A stretch of DNA of 63,777 nucleotides, counting the filler, from Atractiella rhizophila (lineage: Eukaryota), in assembly GCA_021432655.1 (NCBI GenBank). It is 5 parts of 4 records of this genome, joined end to end, with 100 filler letters (N's around TTAATTAATTAA, not from the genome) between each part and the next. Parts side by side here need not be neighbours in the genome. Positions count along the whole stretch, not along the records: positions 1 to 26,672 come from MU271466.1; 4 more parts are not named here. One strand, 5' to 3'. Numbering within the stretch: the first letter of the stretch is position 1; every line of letters starts with the position of its first letter. Made by a program: the position numbers and the translations under genes. Below the pieces are notes generated by a model. That model worked only from the letters and a program-made list of their open reading frames with translations. It was not told the DNA's origin and made no database searches. This document shows positions 1 through 11,830 of the stretch, piece by piece.

Positions 1-31
1 TATGCCTGTCTGCAAACCCCCTACAATTTTC

Positions 32-2197
32 TCAGAGTATGACGACCCCACATTTGTGCTGATTTGCGTACGCCAATGCCCGTTTATAATCTCTACCTGT
101 GTGGACGACAGAAATACAACACCCAGTGCCTGCTCGACTGAGAGCTAACCTTTTTCCCGCGACGTTACCATATGCCAAATAGATTGTTTTGGGATGCGTG
201 GCGAGCATCGTATGGTGAGGTGCCGCACATTGCCACTGCATCGGTGACCCTCGCTCACCATAGGAATCGTCAACACTGTGCGACCACAGAATGCCTTGAA
301 TTAACCCATCAAGGTCAAGTCTGTGCCCTGCTTCGACAGTCCAGAATTTGTAGCCGTAGTCTGCTTCTTCATATACATAATCGATGGCATCAGAGTCGCC
401 TGCATTACTTGGGATTGGTGTGTCTGGGCGAAGGGCATCAATATGTGACATGGTATGTTGTTCGTCATAAAAGAAGCCATTAACGGGAACGCCATCCTTT
501 GCAAGTCGACCAGGGACCATAATGAACAACGAACTGTCGACGTCTCCAATTTTCTCCTCGGCCAGTATTCTAGGCATGAGAACGTAGCCACCGCATTGGA
601 CGACAGAGCAGAAGCTCGAAAATCTCCGGTATGTCGTGACTGGGACACTAAAGGCTGGAAGGACATTAATCAGGCCTTCAATCACGAGATTAATTTCTGG
701 CGGGAAAGTTTGGAGGGTGAGTAAGTTGAGGTTGACTTCAAGTGCCTTATAAGAGAGACCAAAGAGGGACTTGAGCAGGCAGAGAAATAACATCCGTTCG
801 ATGGGTTGACATGTGGAAGTGAGCGCCACAGATATCAACCCGGCATCGTCACTGCCAGCCAATATTTCAAAGTCGCGCTGAAAACGCAATGGTTTGATGT
901 CGGGTAGGGATGCCGTGGTCAGCAACTGTTGCATCCTCTTCATGTCGCGTTGCATCATCTCCTTGTCGCTCATCTCCTTGTCGCATTGCATCATCTCCTT
1001 TTTGCCCCCGCCTGTTTCTCGAACGAATTCCTCCATCCATTTATAGACGATGTTTGCCGTCATCGACTTGGAATCACCATCTCTACAGTTGTCCAACACT
1101 TCAACTATCTCCTTTGCTATTCCCCTCAGCTGGAAGGCACCCAATGCAGCCTTACAACGCCATGGCAATGGTAAATCGCGGTTCAGCTCATTCTTCGCAA
1201 TGGCGAGGATTTCCCCAGCAGGCATGGTGTTCCTTGAGGGCCTACCTTTCCGTCCTTCAGGAACGATGAAGTCCCGAACAGGTCCCCCCGGCTCGCAGAT
1301 CCCAATAGAAACAACTCCCGAGTCGTCATACTCAAATTGAATCGAGATAGGTGTCGTAGTAGAGAGGCGGGATTCATTATGATTACCTCGCTGGACTTCA
1401 TATTGATTGCTGGTGGCGACACCACCAAAAGTATCCGTGGACATTCTATGTTTGCGAGTTGATGCGGTTGATGCATGGTGTGCCGGTGCAGCGATTGCGT
1501 GTATAGACCCAATCCTGACATCAGCAAGGAAAGCGACACCGAGAGCAGCACAGAGGGATTCGGCCCCAATGAGGTTCTTAATTCGCACCCAGCATTTTGC
1601 GCCACTCCTCTGCGCCGCAGCGAATGCAATGGCGATGGCGACCAACTCTGTGTAAGAGGCTTCCTTGCTGTTTCCTGTTTCGGTCTGGTCGAAGGCAATG
1701 ATACATCGCTCGAAGTTGGACGTGACATCTTCTTGGATGAGCCGCAGTGTTGGAGAATGTACACACACGTGGTAGATGTTTTCCGGGACTTCTGCTACGG
1801 TGCCCAATTGGAGGGCAATGGCCAAATGTTCTCGCAAAATCCCTCGGACAGTGTTCTTCGTGGCTGCGGCCGCAAGTGCGGTTGCATAAACGACAAGCTT
1901 CTTCCCCATGTTCTCTGAGAGCAGCGCTTGCTGAGTGGTAGCCTGCTGCACGCCCATGAAATTGGCCATGAAACGCGATGTCCACGTCCCTTCGAAGGCA
2001 TGTGAAAGACCCAATCCATCAATAAGATGGGAACTGGGAAGGAGTTCAGCAGTACTGGCTGCAAGATAACCAAGGATGCTTGGACTGATCCCTTCCCGGG
2101 CGATGACCCCCGCACCGGCGTTAACGCATGCACGAATGATGTCGTTAGCAGATCGTGCGATTTGGGCAGTTACCGCGCTTGTGATTAGGTCGGCCAT
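32..2197 (-). CDS. Intronless 721-aa hypothetical protein of unknown function
   Basis: Uninterrupted ATG-to-TGA ORF of 2166 nt with no recognisable catalytic motif. Short internal repeat KEMMQCD-KEMSD-KEMMQRD (~930-1000). Confidence 0.75.
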   Translation of the reverse strand: MADLITSAVTAQIARSANDIIRACVNAGAGVIAREGISPSILGYLAASTAELLPSSHLIDGLGLSHAFEGTWTSRFMANFMGVQQATTQQALLSENMGKKLVVYATALAAAATKNTVRGILREHLAIALQLGTVAEVPENIYHVCVHSPTLRLIQEDVTSNFERCIIAFDQTETGNSKEASYTELVAIAIAFAAAQRSGAKCWVRIKNLIGAESLCAALGVAFLADVRIGSIHAIAAPAHHASTASTRKHRMSTDTFGGVATSNQYEVQRGNHNESRLSTTTPISIQFEYDDSGVVSIGICEPGGPVRDFIVPEGRKGRPSRNTMPAGEILAIAKNELNRDLPLPWRCKAALGAFQLRGIAKEIVEVLDNCRDGDSKSMTANIVYKWMEEFVRETGGGKKEMMQCDKEMSDKEMMQRDMKRMQQLLTTASLPDIKPLRFQRDFEILAGSDDAGLISVALTSTCQPIERMLFLCLLKSLFGLSYKALEVNLNLLTLQTFPPEINLVIEGLINVLPAFSVPVTTYRRFSSFCSVVQCGGYVLMPRILAEEKIGDVDSSLFIMVPGRLAKDGVPVNGFFYDEQHTMSHIDALRPDTPIPSNAGDSDAIDYVYEEADYGYKFWTVEAGHRLDLDGLIQGILWSHSVDDSYGERGSPMQWQCAAPHHTMLATHPKTIYLAYGNVAGKRLALSRAGTGCCISVVHTGRDYKRALAYANQHKCGVVIL

Positions 2198-3488
2198 AGG
2201 GACGAATGGGTACTGATTGTTATCGTACTACAGGATATGGCAGGCGTATTACTGATACCTAACGCTACATATTACTAAGAAGTCGTCATTTTGTACAAGA
2301 AGTAAAGTTCGTGAAGGCTTACTGTCTGCTTTACTTTTCGAGCTCGTGCCCCTGGATCTGGGGGACGACCTTAGGTTAGTAAGTTTTGGAGATTTAGTGG
2401 AGATCCTGAGGATGATCAGAAGTGAAGAACGACAAAGGCATGGCGATGGTGCGTACGAACAATATCCGATTTTGTGCCTGATGGCAGTGTTCTGAGTTCT
2501 CAGTGACTCACACGACCGATATAATTAACTCCGCGGCCAGGAATTTGGGGCCGCGAAGGTAAGGTTCGCGGACGGAAATTCCCGGAGTTTGCGACGGAGC
2601 CGAAGCGTTCCTACCTTTAGAATGGTTACTTGTCCAGTGAAGTTCCAGAGGTTCTCAGACTCTTCCACACCCAACACTGACATGCTGACACCTTCGGAAC
2701 TCTCCAAGCTTCATTAGCAATATCTTCCGTCGAAGTATTCAACAAGAAGTACTCAAAATTACGCACACATCCACTACAGTTCGATCCCCTAAGGTCTGGG
2801 ACGGTGTGGAGCGTTTTCTTTGGTGTGGAGGATAGCATTATGGTCGATCTTTGGATTATCGATCAAGACGATGATCCCGGAAATGAGAGCTCCTTGTACT
2901 TTTGGAAGAATTTCGATTAAATACGGCGCTGAGGGCTTGATCTGATGGGGGCACAGTGACATCAAATGTTGGAGGAAGATTTGTCGTTGGGTCATGAAAT
3001 GGTAAGAATACATTGAATGGGATGTAGTCGTTTCCTTACTCTGATGCCTCTGTTAAAATCTTACAAACACCGTTTAGGCAGGGATGTACAATACGTACCT
3101 TTTGACATTTGGGATCGAAAGTAAGATGCTGTACTACTTGGTGCTAGATGTTGGGGAAGCAGAGAATTCCAAAGGGCAAACAAAGGATCTGAATTCTAAT
3201 ATCCAATTGCAATCTCGAATGAGAATAAGAGTGACAATGATCGCGGTCTTAAGTGTAACTTCCCTCTATGAGGAGAGGAGCTAGCTCCAGCAGTATCATG
3301 GGAGCCTTTGAAGACAAAGAAGGGTTGAGAACCATGCCAACCTCAAATGAGATGAAACACTCGTGAGTTGATTTATTAGCAACTGAGCAGCGGCATTGAT
3401 AGCCAGTTGAGATGATGGGTAAACAACCGCTCATGAGAACCGCCGATGGACAACGGGAGAGAGACTACTTCTGTTGTATCTTGTCGCC

Positions 3489-3600
3489 ATTAGTGCAATG
3501 CCGCCGCACCATTCATGTAGAGAGCATCATGAATGATGTCGACGGTTTGAGTTCGATGACGCGTGAAGCCTTTGAGGAATTGTTTGCCGCTTTTCTAACG
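3489..3600 (+). pseudogene. Hsp110/Sse1-type Hsp70 gene fragment
   Basis: Reads S-A-(N)-A-A-A-P-F-(N)-VESIMNDVDGLSSMTREAFEELF after restoring two single-A deletions. This resembles the Sse1 segment LSAN..APFSVES.MNDVD.SS.L.REE.EEL. No rest of the gene is seen. Confidence 0.6.
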
Positions 3601-4312
3601 TACAAATCGTTCGCTGTCAATGATTGAGTCCGTCGGCATGGGGGGTGACGGCCCTCTGAAATGATCAGGTATGAAGCTCTTCTGGTGTTTGCACTGGACA
3701 CTTATCGCTCTGTTCTACAAAACAGCTGGCACATCTATCCTCGTCCATCACCATCAGCGTCTCTTCCAGACATCTTGCAAACAACAAACCTCAGCGATGA
3801 AGCACCCCTCTCACCTAATCAAACCCCGCCTCCCTTCAATTCTCCCAATGCCCACCCTCCCACATCTACTCTGACCTTCCTAACAACCTAAGCCCATCCT
3901 CTGCTTCCTCGCGGGCATCACTCCCCGCTCCATAAACTCTGGTATTCCAGCCTGTAAGCGCCTTTTTGCAACGTCAACCCACCAAAACACAGTAACCGTG
4001 CCCACCGACTTCTCTCTTTATCTTCTACCATTCCTCGAGATCACAGATATCAGGTCGCGCCCCGGGATTCAAAAGGGTTTTGAACTCTGACTCTTAGCTG
4101 GCCATGGGAAAGCTTGAACTCTGAACACGGTCGAAAGAAGGAAATCCGACGCGGTCTCTGTAAACGATTGAGAGGTGAGCCATTTTTGTTGTGACTGACC
4201 TGTTTCATTGATCGGCTTGGCTGCAAATGTTCGCAGATCCGACACTCTCAGACTCCTATCCCCGCCTTGCATCAACTATAAGAGCGTCTTCTTCGACCAT
4301 CAAACCTCAAAG

Positions 4313-7300
4313 ATGTCCGCGACTCCGACATCGAGCGCCACAGCGAGCGCAAAACCCAAAGCTCCAGCGCAGGTATGCATTCTCTTCCTGTGCGAGCCCA
4401 TTGTTGATTGCCTCTCACAGTCAATCTTGGACGATCACCATGACCCGACCCAAGTTAATGCAAACGACCCAATCGTCCTATTCATCATTCAAGTCACGTT
4501 CATCGTCGTACTATGCAGGCTCTTGGCTATCCCGTTGAGGAAGATAAGGCAGCCCATGGTCATTAGTGAGGTTATTGGAGGAATATTGCTTGGGCCAAGC
4601 GTGTTCGGACAAATTGGTGCGTTCTTCTTATGTCTCTATTGAAAGGGGAAGAGAGCAAGCAGTTTGTGGTACTGACTGGCTGCGATGATCGAACGGAACA
4701 GACGGATTCACACAACACATCTTCCCCAAAGCTTCCCTGACCTACCTCAACCTGGTGTCTACCATTGGTCTCGTCCTCTTCCTCTTCCTCGTCGGACTCG
4801 AGGTAGATTTCAAAGTGTTCAGGAGCAATGCTCGGTTGGTTACTCTTTCCTGATTCTCGAAATTGCATTTAAAGAGAATCACCAGTGCCTCTCTCGCCAT
4901 ATCCGTGGTTGGAATGGTTATTCCCTTTGGTCTCGGCGCTCTCGTCTCCATCGGAATATACCACAACTTTGTCGACGACAGCCAGGTCGATTTCGGCACC
5001 TTCCTTCTTTTCGTCGGTGTCGCAATGGCAATCACTGCTTTCCCCGTTCTCGCTAGGATCCTCACCGAACTCAAACTCTTAGGCGACGACGTCGGACTTA
5101 CCGTCCTCGCTGCAGGCGTAGGGAATGATGTCGTTGGATGGGTACTTTTAGCATTGGCAGTCGCCTTGGCCAACGCAAGCAACGGCGTGACCGCGGTGTA
5201 CATTCTTCTTTGTGCCGTCGGCTGGACCTTGGTCTTATTCTTCCTCGTCAAGCCCGCTTTCCACTGGTTTGTCCGTCGCTCCGGAGGACGTGTCACAGCG
5301 GGAGTGATGACCGTCATGCTCCTTCTCACGCTGGCTTCCGCCTGGGTGACGGACGTCATCGGCGTCCATGCGATCTTTGGTGGTTTCCTCGTTGGTTTGA
5401 TTATGCCGAAGGGACAAGGGTTCGAGGCGCAAGTGGCGGAAAAGATTGAGGACTTTATCGGCATTCTTCTGCTGCCGATTTACTTCGCTCTTTCAGGACT
5501 GTATGCTTTATTCCCCCCTCTTCCCTGTTCAACAACTAAAGATGCTGACATTCCCTTAGGCGAACCGATCTCTCGCTACTAGCCAATGGATCAATCTGGG
5601 GATGGACCATTTGCGTCATCGTCGTCGCTTTCCTCTCCAAATTCCTCGGTTGCGCTACCACTGCTTACTTCTTCGGCTTCAAGAGAAGAGAATCCCTCGC
5701 CGTCGGTGCACTGATGAGCTGTAAGGGACTGGTGGAGCTTATCGTCCTCAACGTCGGTCTGACCGCCGGCATATTGAACAATGAGGTCTTTGCTATGTTT
5801 GTCGGTAAGCCTTCTTTGCATCTCCCAGAGGTATTAATGGTGGGCGTGGAAACAATGATGGAATTCTGATGCATTGTTACTGAATAGTGATGGCCCTTGT
5901 AACGACATTTGCCAGTACCCCTCTCACACTCTGGTTCTACCCTGTCCCCTACCGTCAGCGTCGTGCACTCGAAAAAGCTGGTCTCTCTCCCGACTCTCAG
6001 GTCACTGATTCCGGCGCGGGTGCCAAGTTGGTCGGGGCAGAGGAAGGGAAGTCTCGGTTCCTTTTCGTTCTTTCGGCATTCGAGCACCTACCTCCTGTCA
6101 TGGGTTTCATCAAACTGCTTTCTGCGTCTTCTTCCATTTCCCGTGGATCAGGTCAAGTCGAGACACGCAATCTGGGTTCTGCGAGCGATAGTGATAGGAA
6201 GAGCATCGAAGAGCAGGATCGCAAGTCATCAGATTTCGTTCCTACGACGCCGTTAACTGTGGAAGTTCCGACCAAGGTAGACGCTTTAAGACTCGTCGAG
6301 CTCACTCAGCGGTCGAGTGCTGTATTTAAGGCTTCCGAGACCGATCCACGCCCTGATCCTCTCGATGGAATCTTTAACACCTTCGTCAATCTGTCAGGTC
6401 TAAGCGGAACGACCTCTTCTGCTCTCGTCGACAGCGGCGAGTTTAGTACGGCTGTCAGCTCGACTGTCAATGAGAGAAGGAGCGAATTGGTTATTCTTCC
6501 CTGGGCGACTAAGTTTGAGGAAAAGGAGAAGGCAGATCGATTCCCGGTGTACAATCCTTTCGGGGGCATCTGGAGGACGGACAGTGTCGCGGAGGACGAT
6601 GGAGCAAGCTACTATTCGAGTTTTGTCAGGAACGTATTCAGAGATTCAGAGGTCGATGTCGCCGTTTTACTTGACCGAACCTTCTCGAGCAAGAATGGCA
6701 GTGGAGCAAAACTCTTCCTACCATTCTTTGGAGGACCTGACGATCGAGCAGCTTTGGAATTGTTGGTGCAGCTCTGTCGGAAGAAAGGTGTTTACGGAGC
6801 GGTAGTGAGGATTGAAAGGAGGGAGGGTCTCGAAGAGGACGAGCTCGAGAAGAAGCTCAGTGCGACCTCTGATTCTACGGAAGGCGGGTCACATCTCAAG
6901 CCTGGGCCTGCTGCTCTGGAATTTATGAAGAAGGTTAGCGCTGGGGCGACTGGAACCGTTGGACACGGCGCAACGGTGATGCCTGATACTGTTTATGGGC
7001 ACCAAGACACGGCTACCAAGATGATCTCAGATTCAGCAGACAGCATCCTCCTCAACCGCTACTTCCCAACTTCCAATAGCGAAGAAGTTGCACACTCCGC
7101 CTCTGTCCAAGCTGCACTCTCCCGCATCTCCTACGAAGTTGTACGCACCTCTGCTCCACTCCGCATCGCCCTCCAGAGGATTGAACATGCTTGCACTGCC
7201 GAGGGAACGAAAGGAAGCGCGACACTTGTGCTTACTGGTCGGGGGAGAAGGAGCGCGGAGTCCCATGCTGCAGAAGAGAGCATGTTCTTGAAGGAGTACG

Positions 7301-7524
7301 TCGCTACCAGGGGACATGGCGCTCTCGGTATCTGCAGCAGTTCAGACGTGAGGAGAACCTTGGGAGCTGTAGGCACCGGAGCTACGGTGAAGGGTCTTGG
7401 AGATGGGGTGTTGGTATGTCCTTCCCAAGTAGCCATAGAGCCACAGAAAATGCTGATAATGATGCGTTAATAGGTCGTGCAAGCCGCGCTGACTAGCCCA
7501 GAAGCAGCGAAAAGGAACGTATAA
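4313..7524 (+). CDS. KHA1: K+/H+ antiporter (CPA2 cation/proton exchanger, Kha1-like), multi-exon
   Basis: Motifs QPMVISEVIGGILLGPS, LFLFLVGLEVD, AITAFPVLARILTELKLL, GVGNDVVGW, IGVHAIFGGF, LMSCKGLVELIVLNVGL and LPFFGGPDDRAAL. Six short GT-AG introns. Last exon VVQAALTSPEAAKRNV*. Confidence 0.93.
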
Positions 7525-8020
7525 CGTCTAATTATTTAACGACAAGAGTTTGTTTTGTTTTGGGTCTTAAAACTTTCTTGTACTTTTGTTACTTGCCTTG
7601 TCAGCACACCGACAGGACAAGCGCTTAGATTGGCCGTGCAGATTCATGAAAATGCAACAGCCTCTGCCATGCTCAAGGTTCCCTCGGGAGCCACGACCTG
7701 CTTTCAATCAGATTTTCATGAAAAGCATTAATATTACACGAAGAATGTAAATTTTCACTCAGCGGGTGAGTCGAGTGATACCAGTTAAACAGAGCAAGGT
7801 GAACGTCCGAAATTCCAGTACGCTAGATATATAGCAGGAAGGACAGAAATCAAAAACCCAAGGAAAGATAGAAGGAATCAAAGAGCGGTCTGGAATCTGT
7901 ATTCACTGGTTTTACACCGAGTGATGGTGGAGAGCCAATACACGGACGGAACTAATACCTACTTGCATTCTCTAGTCAGCACCTCTTCAATGACGCAAAT
8001 TAATCACATACCAACCAACG

Positions 8021-10285
8021 TTACATGTGCTCAAACTGAGCCGCCAACTCTGCGCTCAACGCCAGGGTATCGATGCTACTTCTATCCTTCTCCTTCTTGT
8101 CTTGTGCATTCCTCTCATGGTCACTCCCACTAACGCTGATGGGCATCTCGAAACTGCTAGCCGTTGAGCTTGCTGGAGGTGAGACAAGGATCTCCTGCCG
8201 AAGGGGAGTGGGCGGTGGTAGCATGTTGCTATTCTGATGCTTCTCGATACGACCTTGAGCACCAGATGGGAGGGGAGGAGCGACGAAAGATGATTGAGAG
8301 CCGTTCGGGAAGTGGCCTTGATAATCGGAAAAGCGCGAGTTGGTAGTGAAAACAGAGACACCGGAGGCAGTGGAGTCTCTCGCGCCAGGAAAACCAATCT
8401 GGAAAGGGATGCCATCGAGGACACCATTAGAGGACTGAGAAGCCATGGAATCACGGGCTGAGGAAGCGTATGACATATGGGGATCTAGAGGGAGGGCTGG
8501 CGGGGGAGGGAGAGGAGCAGAAGCTTGCGACATGGATGAAGTCGGTGCTACAGAAGATGGAGCTGACATATTCGGGGGGAGTGGCAGTTTCGCCGCTGTG
8601 CCGATGATGATGCTGTTGCTCCTCGAAACATCTCCGCCAGCAGAGGTAGAGGTCCAGATAGAATCTCTATCGCTCACGTCGTCGTCCTCGCCCACGTCGA
8701 TCCGATGCTGCTGAACCGCCATCGAATTCTGAGGGGAAGTGAGCCATCCCGGGCTTCTAGGACCACCCGGAGGACCGGCCCTTCCACCTCTTAGGGTCTT
8801 CTGGTCGCTGTCTACGTCAAGCATATCTCCCTCCATGTTGATGGAGACCTCGCTCTCTCTGCTCCTCGTGCTCCCTGTCCTACCCGTCGAATACGAGTAC
8901 TCGGTATTGTGACTCTGAGCAGTATCTGGTCGTTGTTGATGGTTGGGAAGGAGTGAATTAACGTTGCTGAGGGAATCCATGGGACTATGTCCCTTCTTCT
9001 TCTCGGCAGCGGCTCCCTTCGCAGCCGCAATTGCGTTCCTATCGCTAAAAGGGTCATCAGTCGGTTTGACAGGTGTCGTCTCTCCGCTAGATGGAAGAGG
9101 CAGAGCAGGGCTCTTATCGCCTCCATTCGCGGCCGTCGAATTCGAGCGCTTCAACGTAGTTAGACCGACCTTCGCCACACCAAGCACTTCAACCCTCTTG
9201 ACTTCGTGTCCGGTTCCCTTTCCAGCCGTGCGTAACGAATGGGGCGTGACGATTTGAGGAGAGTCGAGGATATATGAGAGATGAGAGTCCATGGAGGAAG
9301 AGGTGGTGGAGAGGGTGGACATTCGGGACTCCGCGCCAAGCCTGGACCCAAGGAGCGGATCTACGGGGGAGAGAGAACCGCTGGACGGAGCTCCAGAAGT
9401 GGTCGGCGCAAGGAGCTTCTTCTTGTCCTCTGGAAGTTTGAGGTCGAGGTCTGGTGCTCGAGGCGGGCGAATAGGGACGCCATTGATCTTCATGATTCCT
9501 CCTCCAGGAGAAGAGACGAGTGGCGGCGGGGAAGTGAGGTCGACACGGATGTTTTCGATGCCCATGGATTCGCGCTTCGAGTCTCTCTTGAGATCCCTCG
9601 AGGGTTCTGGACGCTCGTGTTCACCGTAAGGTCCCATTCCTTGGAGATCGCCAATTGCAGGAGAGGAGGAATGGGCGGGGATGTAGGCGATGGGAATGAT
9701 GGACGTGGACTGAGAGGAACGGAAGGTGTAGGTGTCGGATCGGTCGTCATCTTCTACGGCGTTCTGATCAGAGAACGGATCCCTAGCGGCACTCGTACTG
9801 TGTCCGTTCACCTCCATGCTACTCGTCAAACTAGCACCCGACGACGGACCCTCCGGAAAGTTGGCCTGGTTAGGCGAGAGTCTCGAGAGAGATTTTCTCT
9901 TGACCACGGTCCCATCCTTCCCTGCAGAGACTGCACTGACCTCCGCCTTCTCGCCCTTATTTCCTTGCGGGAGCATAGATTTCTTCTTCTCCCTCTGCTC
10001 CCTTCTCTCTTTCCGCTCCCGCTCCCTCTTCTTCTTCTTCAGCCACCAAACCCACCCAATAACACCGGCAATCACCAGGATTCCGACGACACTCCCCACG
10101 GCAGGACCGACCGGAGAAGAGCCTCCGCCCTTCTTTGTGGTGCCAGTATTAGACTGTGGAGCGTCGACGCAGACGGATTCGGCACACGCGGTGCAAGAAC
10201 GGACGGTCTGGATGCAGACCTGCGAGGAAGAGCATCCGGGACAAGGAGGAGTGGCGCCACATGTGATACAGTTGGAGGAAGACAT
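8021..10285 (-). CDS. OPY2: Opy2-like single-pass membrane sensor/anchor
   Basis: N-terminal 8-Cys domain CITC..CPGC..CIQTVRSCTAC..C (Opy2 pattern), one TM helix (AVGSVVGILVIAGVIGWVWWL) followed by a basic patch, an SIIPIAYIP motif and a long Ser/Pro-rich cytoplasmic tail. ATG at 10285. Confidence 0.85.
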   Translation of the reverse strand: MSSSNCITCGATPPCPGCSSSQVCIQTVRSCTACAESVCVDAPQSNTGTTKKGGGSSPVGPAVGSVVGILVIAGVIGWVWWLKKKKRERERKERREQREKKKSMLPQGNKGEKAEVSAVSAGKDGTVVKRKSLSRLSPNQANFPEGPSSGASLTSSMEVNGHSTSAARDPFSDQNAVEDDDRSDTYTFRSSQSTSIIPIAYIPAHSSSPAIGDLQGMGPYGEHERPEPSRDLKRDSKRESMGIENIRVDLTSPPPLVSSPGGGIMKINGVPIRPPRAPDLDLKLPEDKKKLLAPTTSGAPSSGSLSPVDPLLGSRLGAESRMSTLSTTSSSMDSHLSYILDSPQIVTPHSLRTAGKGTGHEVKRVEVLGVAKVGLTTLKRSNSTAANGGDKSPALPLPSSGETTPVKPTDDPFSDRNAIAAAKGAAAEKKKGHSPMDSLSNVNSLLPNHQQRPDTAQSHNTEYSYSTGRTGSTRSRESEVSINMEGDMLDVDSDQKTLRGGRAGPPGGPRSPGWLTSPQNSMAVQQHRIDVGEDDDVSDRDSIWTSTSAGGDVSRSNSIIIGTAAKLPLPPNMSAPSSVAPTSSMSQASAPLPPPPALPLDPHMSYASSARDSMASQSSNGVLDGIPFQIGFPGARDSTASGVSVFTTNSRFSDYQGHFPNGSQSSFVAPPLPSGAQGRIEKHQNSNMLPPPTPLRQEILVSPPASSTASSFEMPISVSGSDHERNAQDKKEKDRSSIDTLALSAELAAQFEHM

Positions 10286-10796
10286 CTGCTCCCCCGAGTA
10301 GTAAGCACCCTGTTTCTCCTGAAGTAGCTCATGAAAATAAACGGGAAAACTCACGATTTGGAGAGTGCTGTATGTGAAGGTCTACTGTAAGAATATTGTG
10401 AAGAATATTGAGGGCTAAAGAGCGAAAGGAGTGGGTAAAACAGGTGGCCCAAGTGAAGGTCAAGGTCGTTTGGAAGGCAATTTGAGGAGTTTAATTTGGA
10501 CACTGCGAAACATAGTGTCTAGTTCTCCTGTAATCCTCTTCTGCTCTCCTGCCAGTTCATTGGGATTGGGATTGGATCGCTTCAAGTTCTCTCAAGTTCG
10601 TTTTCGTGGGCTCCCAGTTACACTTATCTAAGCTCAGCGCTTCAGGAGCGAGACGTGACCCTATCCCGCTGCTCGCCGAAGTTGCTTATGTCCTGGCGTC
10701 GCTCCCATAGCCAATCAACCATGGATAAAACGCTCCCCTAGGCTTTCACCCTATCTCTCCTCGGAAAGCGTCACCGAAAGTATTAGTTGGTAGAGG

Positions 10797-11830
10797 ATGA
10801 AAGTACTTATTCTCGGTGCAACCGGTGTGCTCCATCTCTTCGCTGGTTTATGTCCGAGTGCTGACGTTGGGCAGGAAGCGTTGGCTCTGCCACACTCAAA
10901 GCCTGTCTCGAAGCAGGACACGAAGTCACCGCTTTCTGTCGAACTCCTTCTAAACTGTCTCTACCACCAGGCTTCGAAGCTGATGACATAAAAGTACATA
11001 TTGTACAAGGCGATGTGACGAATGAAACCGACGTTTTGGCAGCGTTGCGAGGCGCGTCTTCTTGCTTATGGCTCTGGGTAACATGTTGATGCCTATAACA
11101 CAGGTCAGGACGCAGTTGTGCATGCTGCAGTGCATGGTCACCTCTTTGGGAAAGACAAAGCCGCTATCGCCTCCTCAACCGCTGCAGCGCGGATCCTTCT
11201 CTCCTCCGTCAAGCAAGTAAATGAGGCAGAGCAACGCTCCATCCGACTATGGATAATGTGTGGTGCGTTCTACTCTCTCCATCTAGAAAGAGTAGAGCTT
11301 ATGATGTTATATCTGGTAATAGGTTTAAACGCATTGCAGATCCCAAACTCAAAGTATCTCCTCAACAACCTCTTTCCCCTGCATCCCGAACATATGGAAA
11401 ACTGGCGGATGCTCGAACGTGATGGGGATGGAGTGGACTGGAGCGCTCTCTGCTGCGGTGGCACATCTCAGGGAAAGGTGCGCCATATTCCCGGTTTCCT
11501 ATTTCAGCATTTGTCTAGACACCCACACATCATTTACATGCATGTCTAGCCCTCCGGCCCTCTCCACATTTCCAAAGAGGTGGTTGGCCTCTGGGTTCCA
11601 CCAGGAATTATCGGAAAGATACCATGGCTTGGTACTCGTCCAGTTTCCTTTTTCCTCATTATTTTGCTGATATCACGGTAGGCCCGCGCTTGAATCTCTT
11701 CTACAACGTTGGAAAACAGAAGATCACATTTGAAAGCGTCGGGACTTTCTTTGCTGGGCATCTTGGGCCTGGAGACAAAGACGGTATGACGGGGAAGCGG
11801 GTTGGGATATTAGAGATTGCTTCGAAGTAA
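10797..11830 (+). CDS. NAD(P)-binding Rossmann oxidoreductase (flavin reductase/NmrA-like), multi-exon
   Basis: MKVLILGATG/SVG Rossmann start, GHEVTAFCRTP, VQGDVT, GQDAVVHAA and VDWSALC. Several short introns. Confidence 0.82.

Noticed and set aside
9281..10327. 348-aa plus-strand ORF antisense to the Opy2-like gene
   Set aside because: Shadow ORF of a Ser/Pro-rich coding strand with no motifs.
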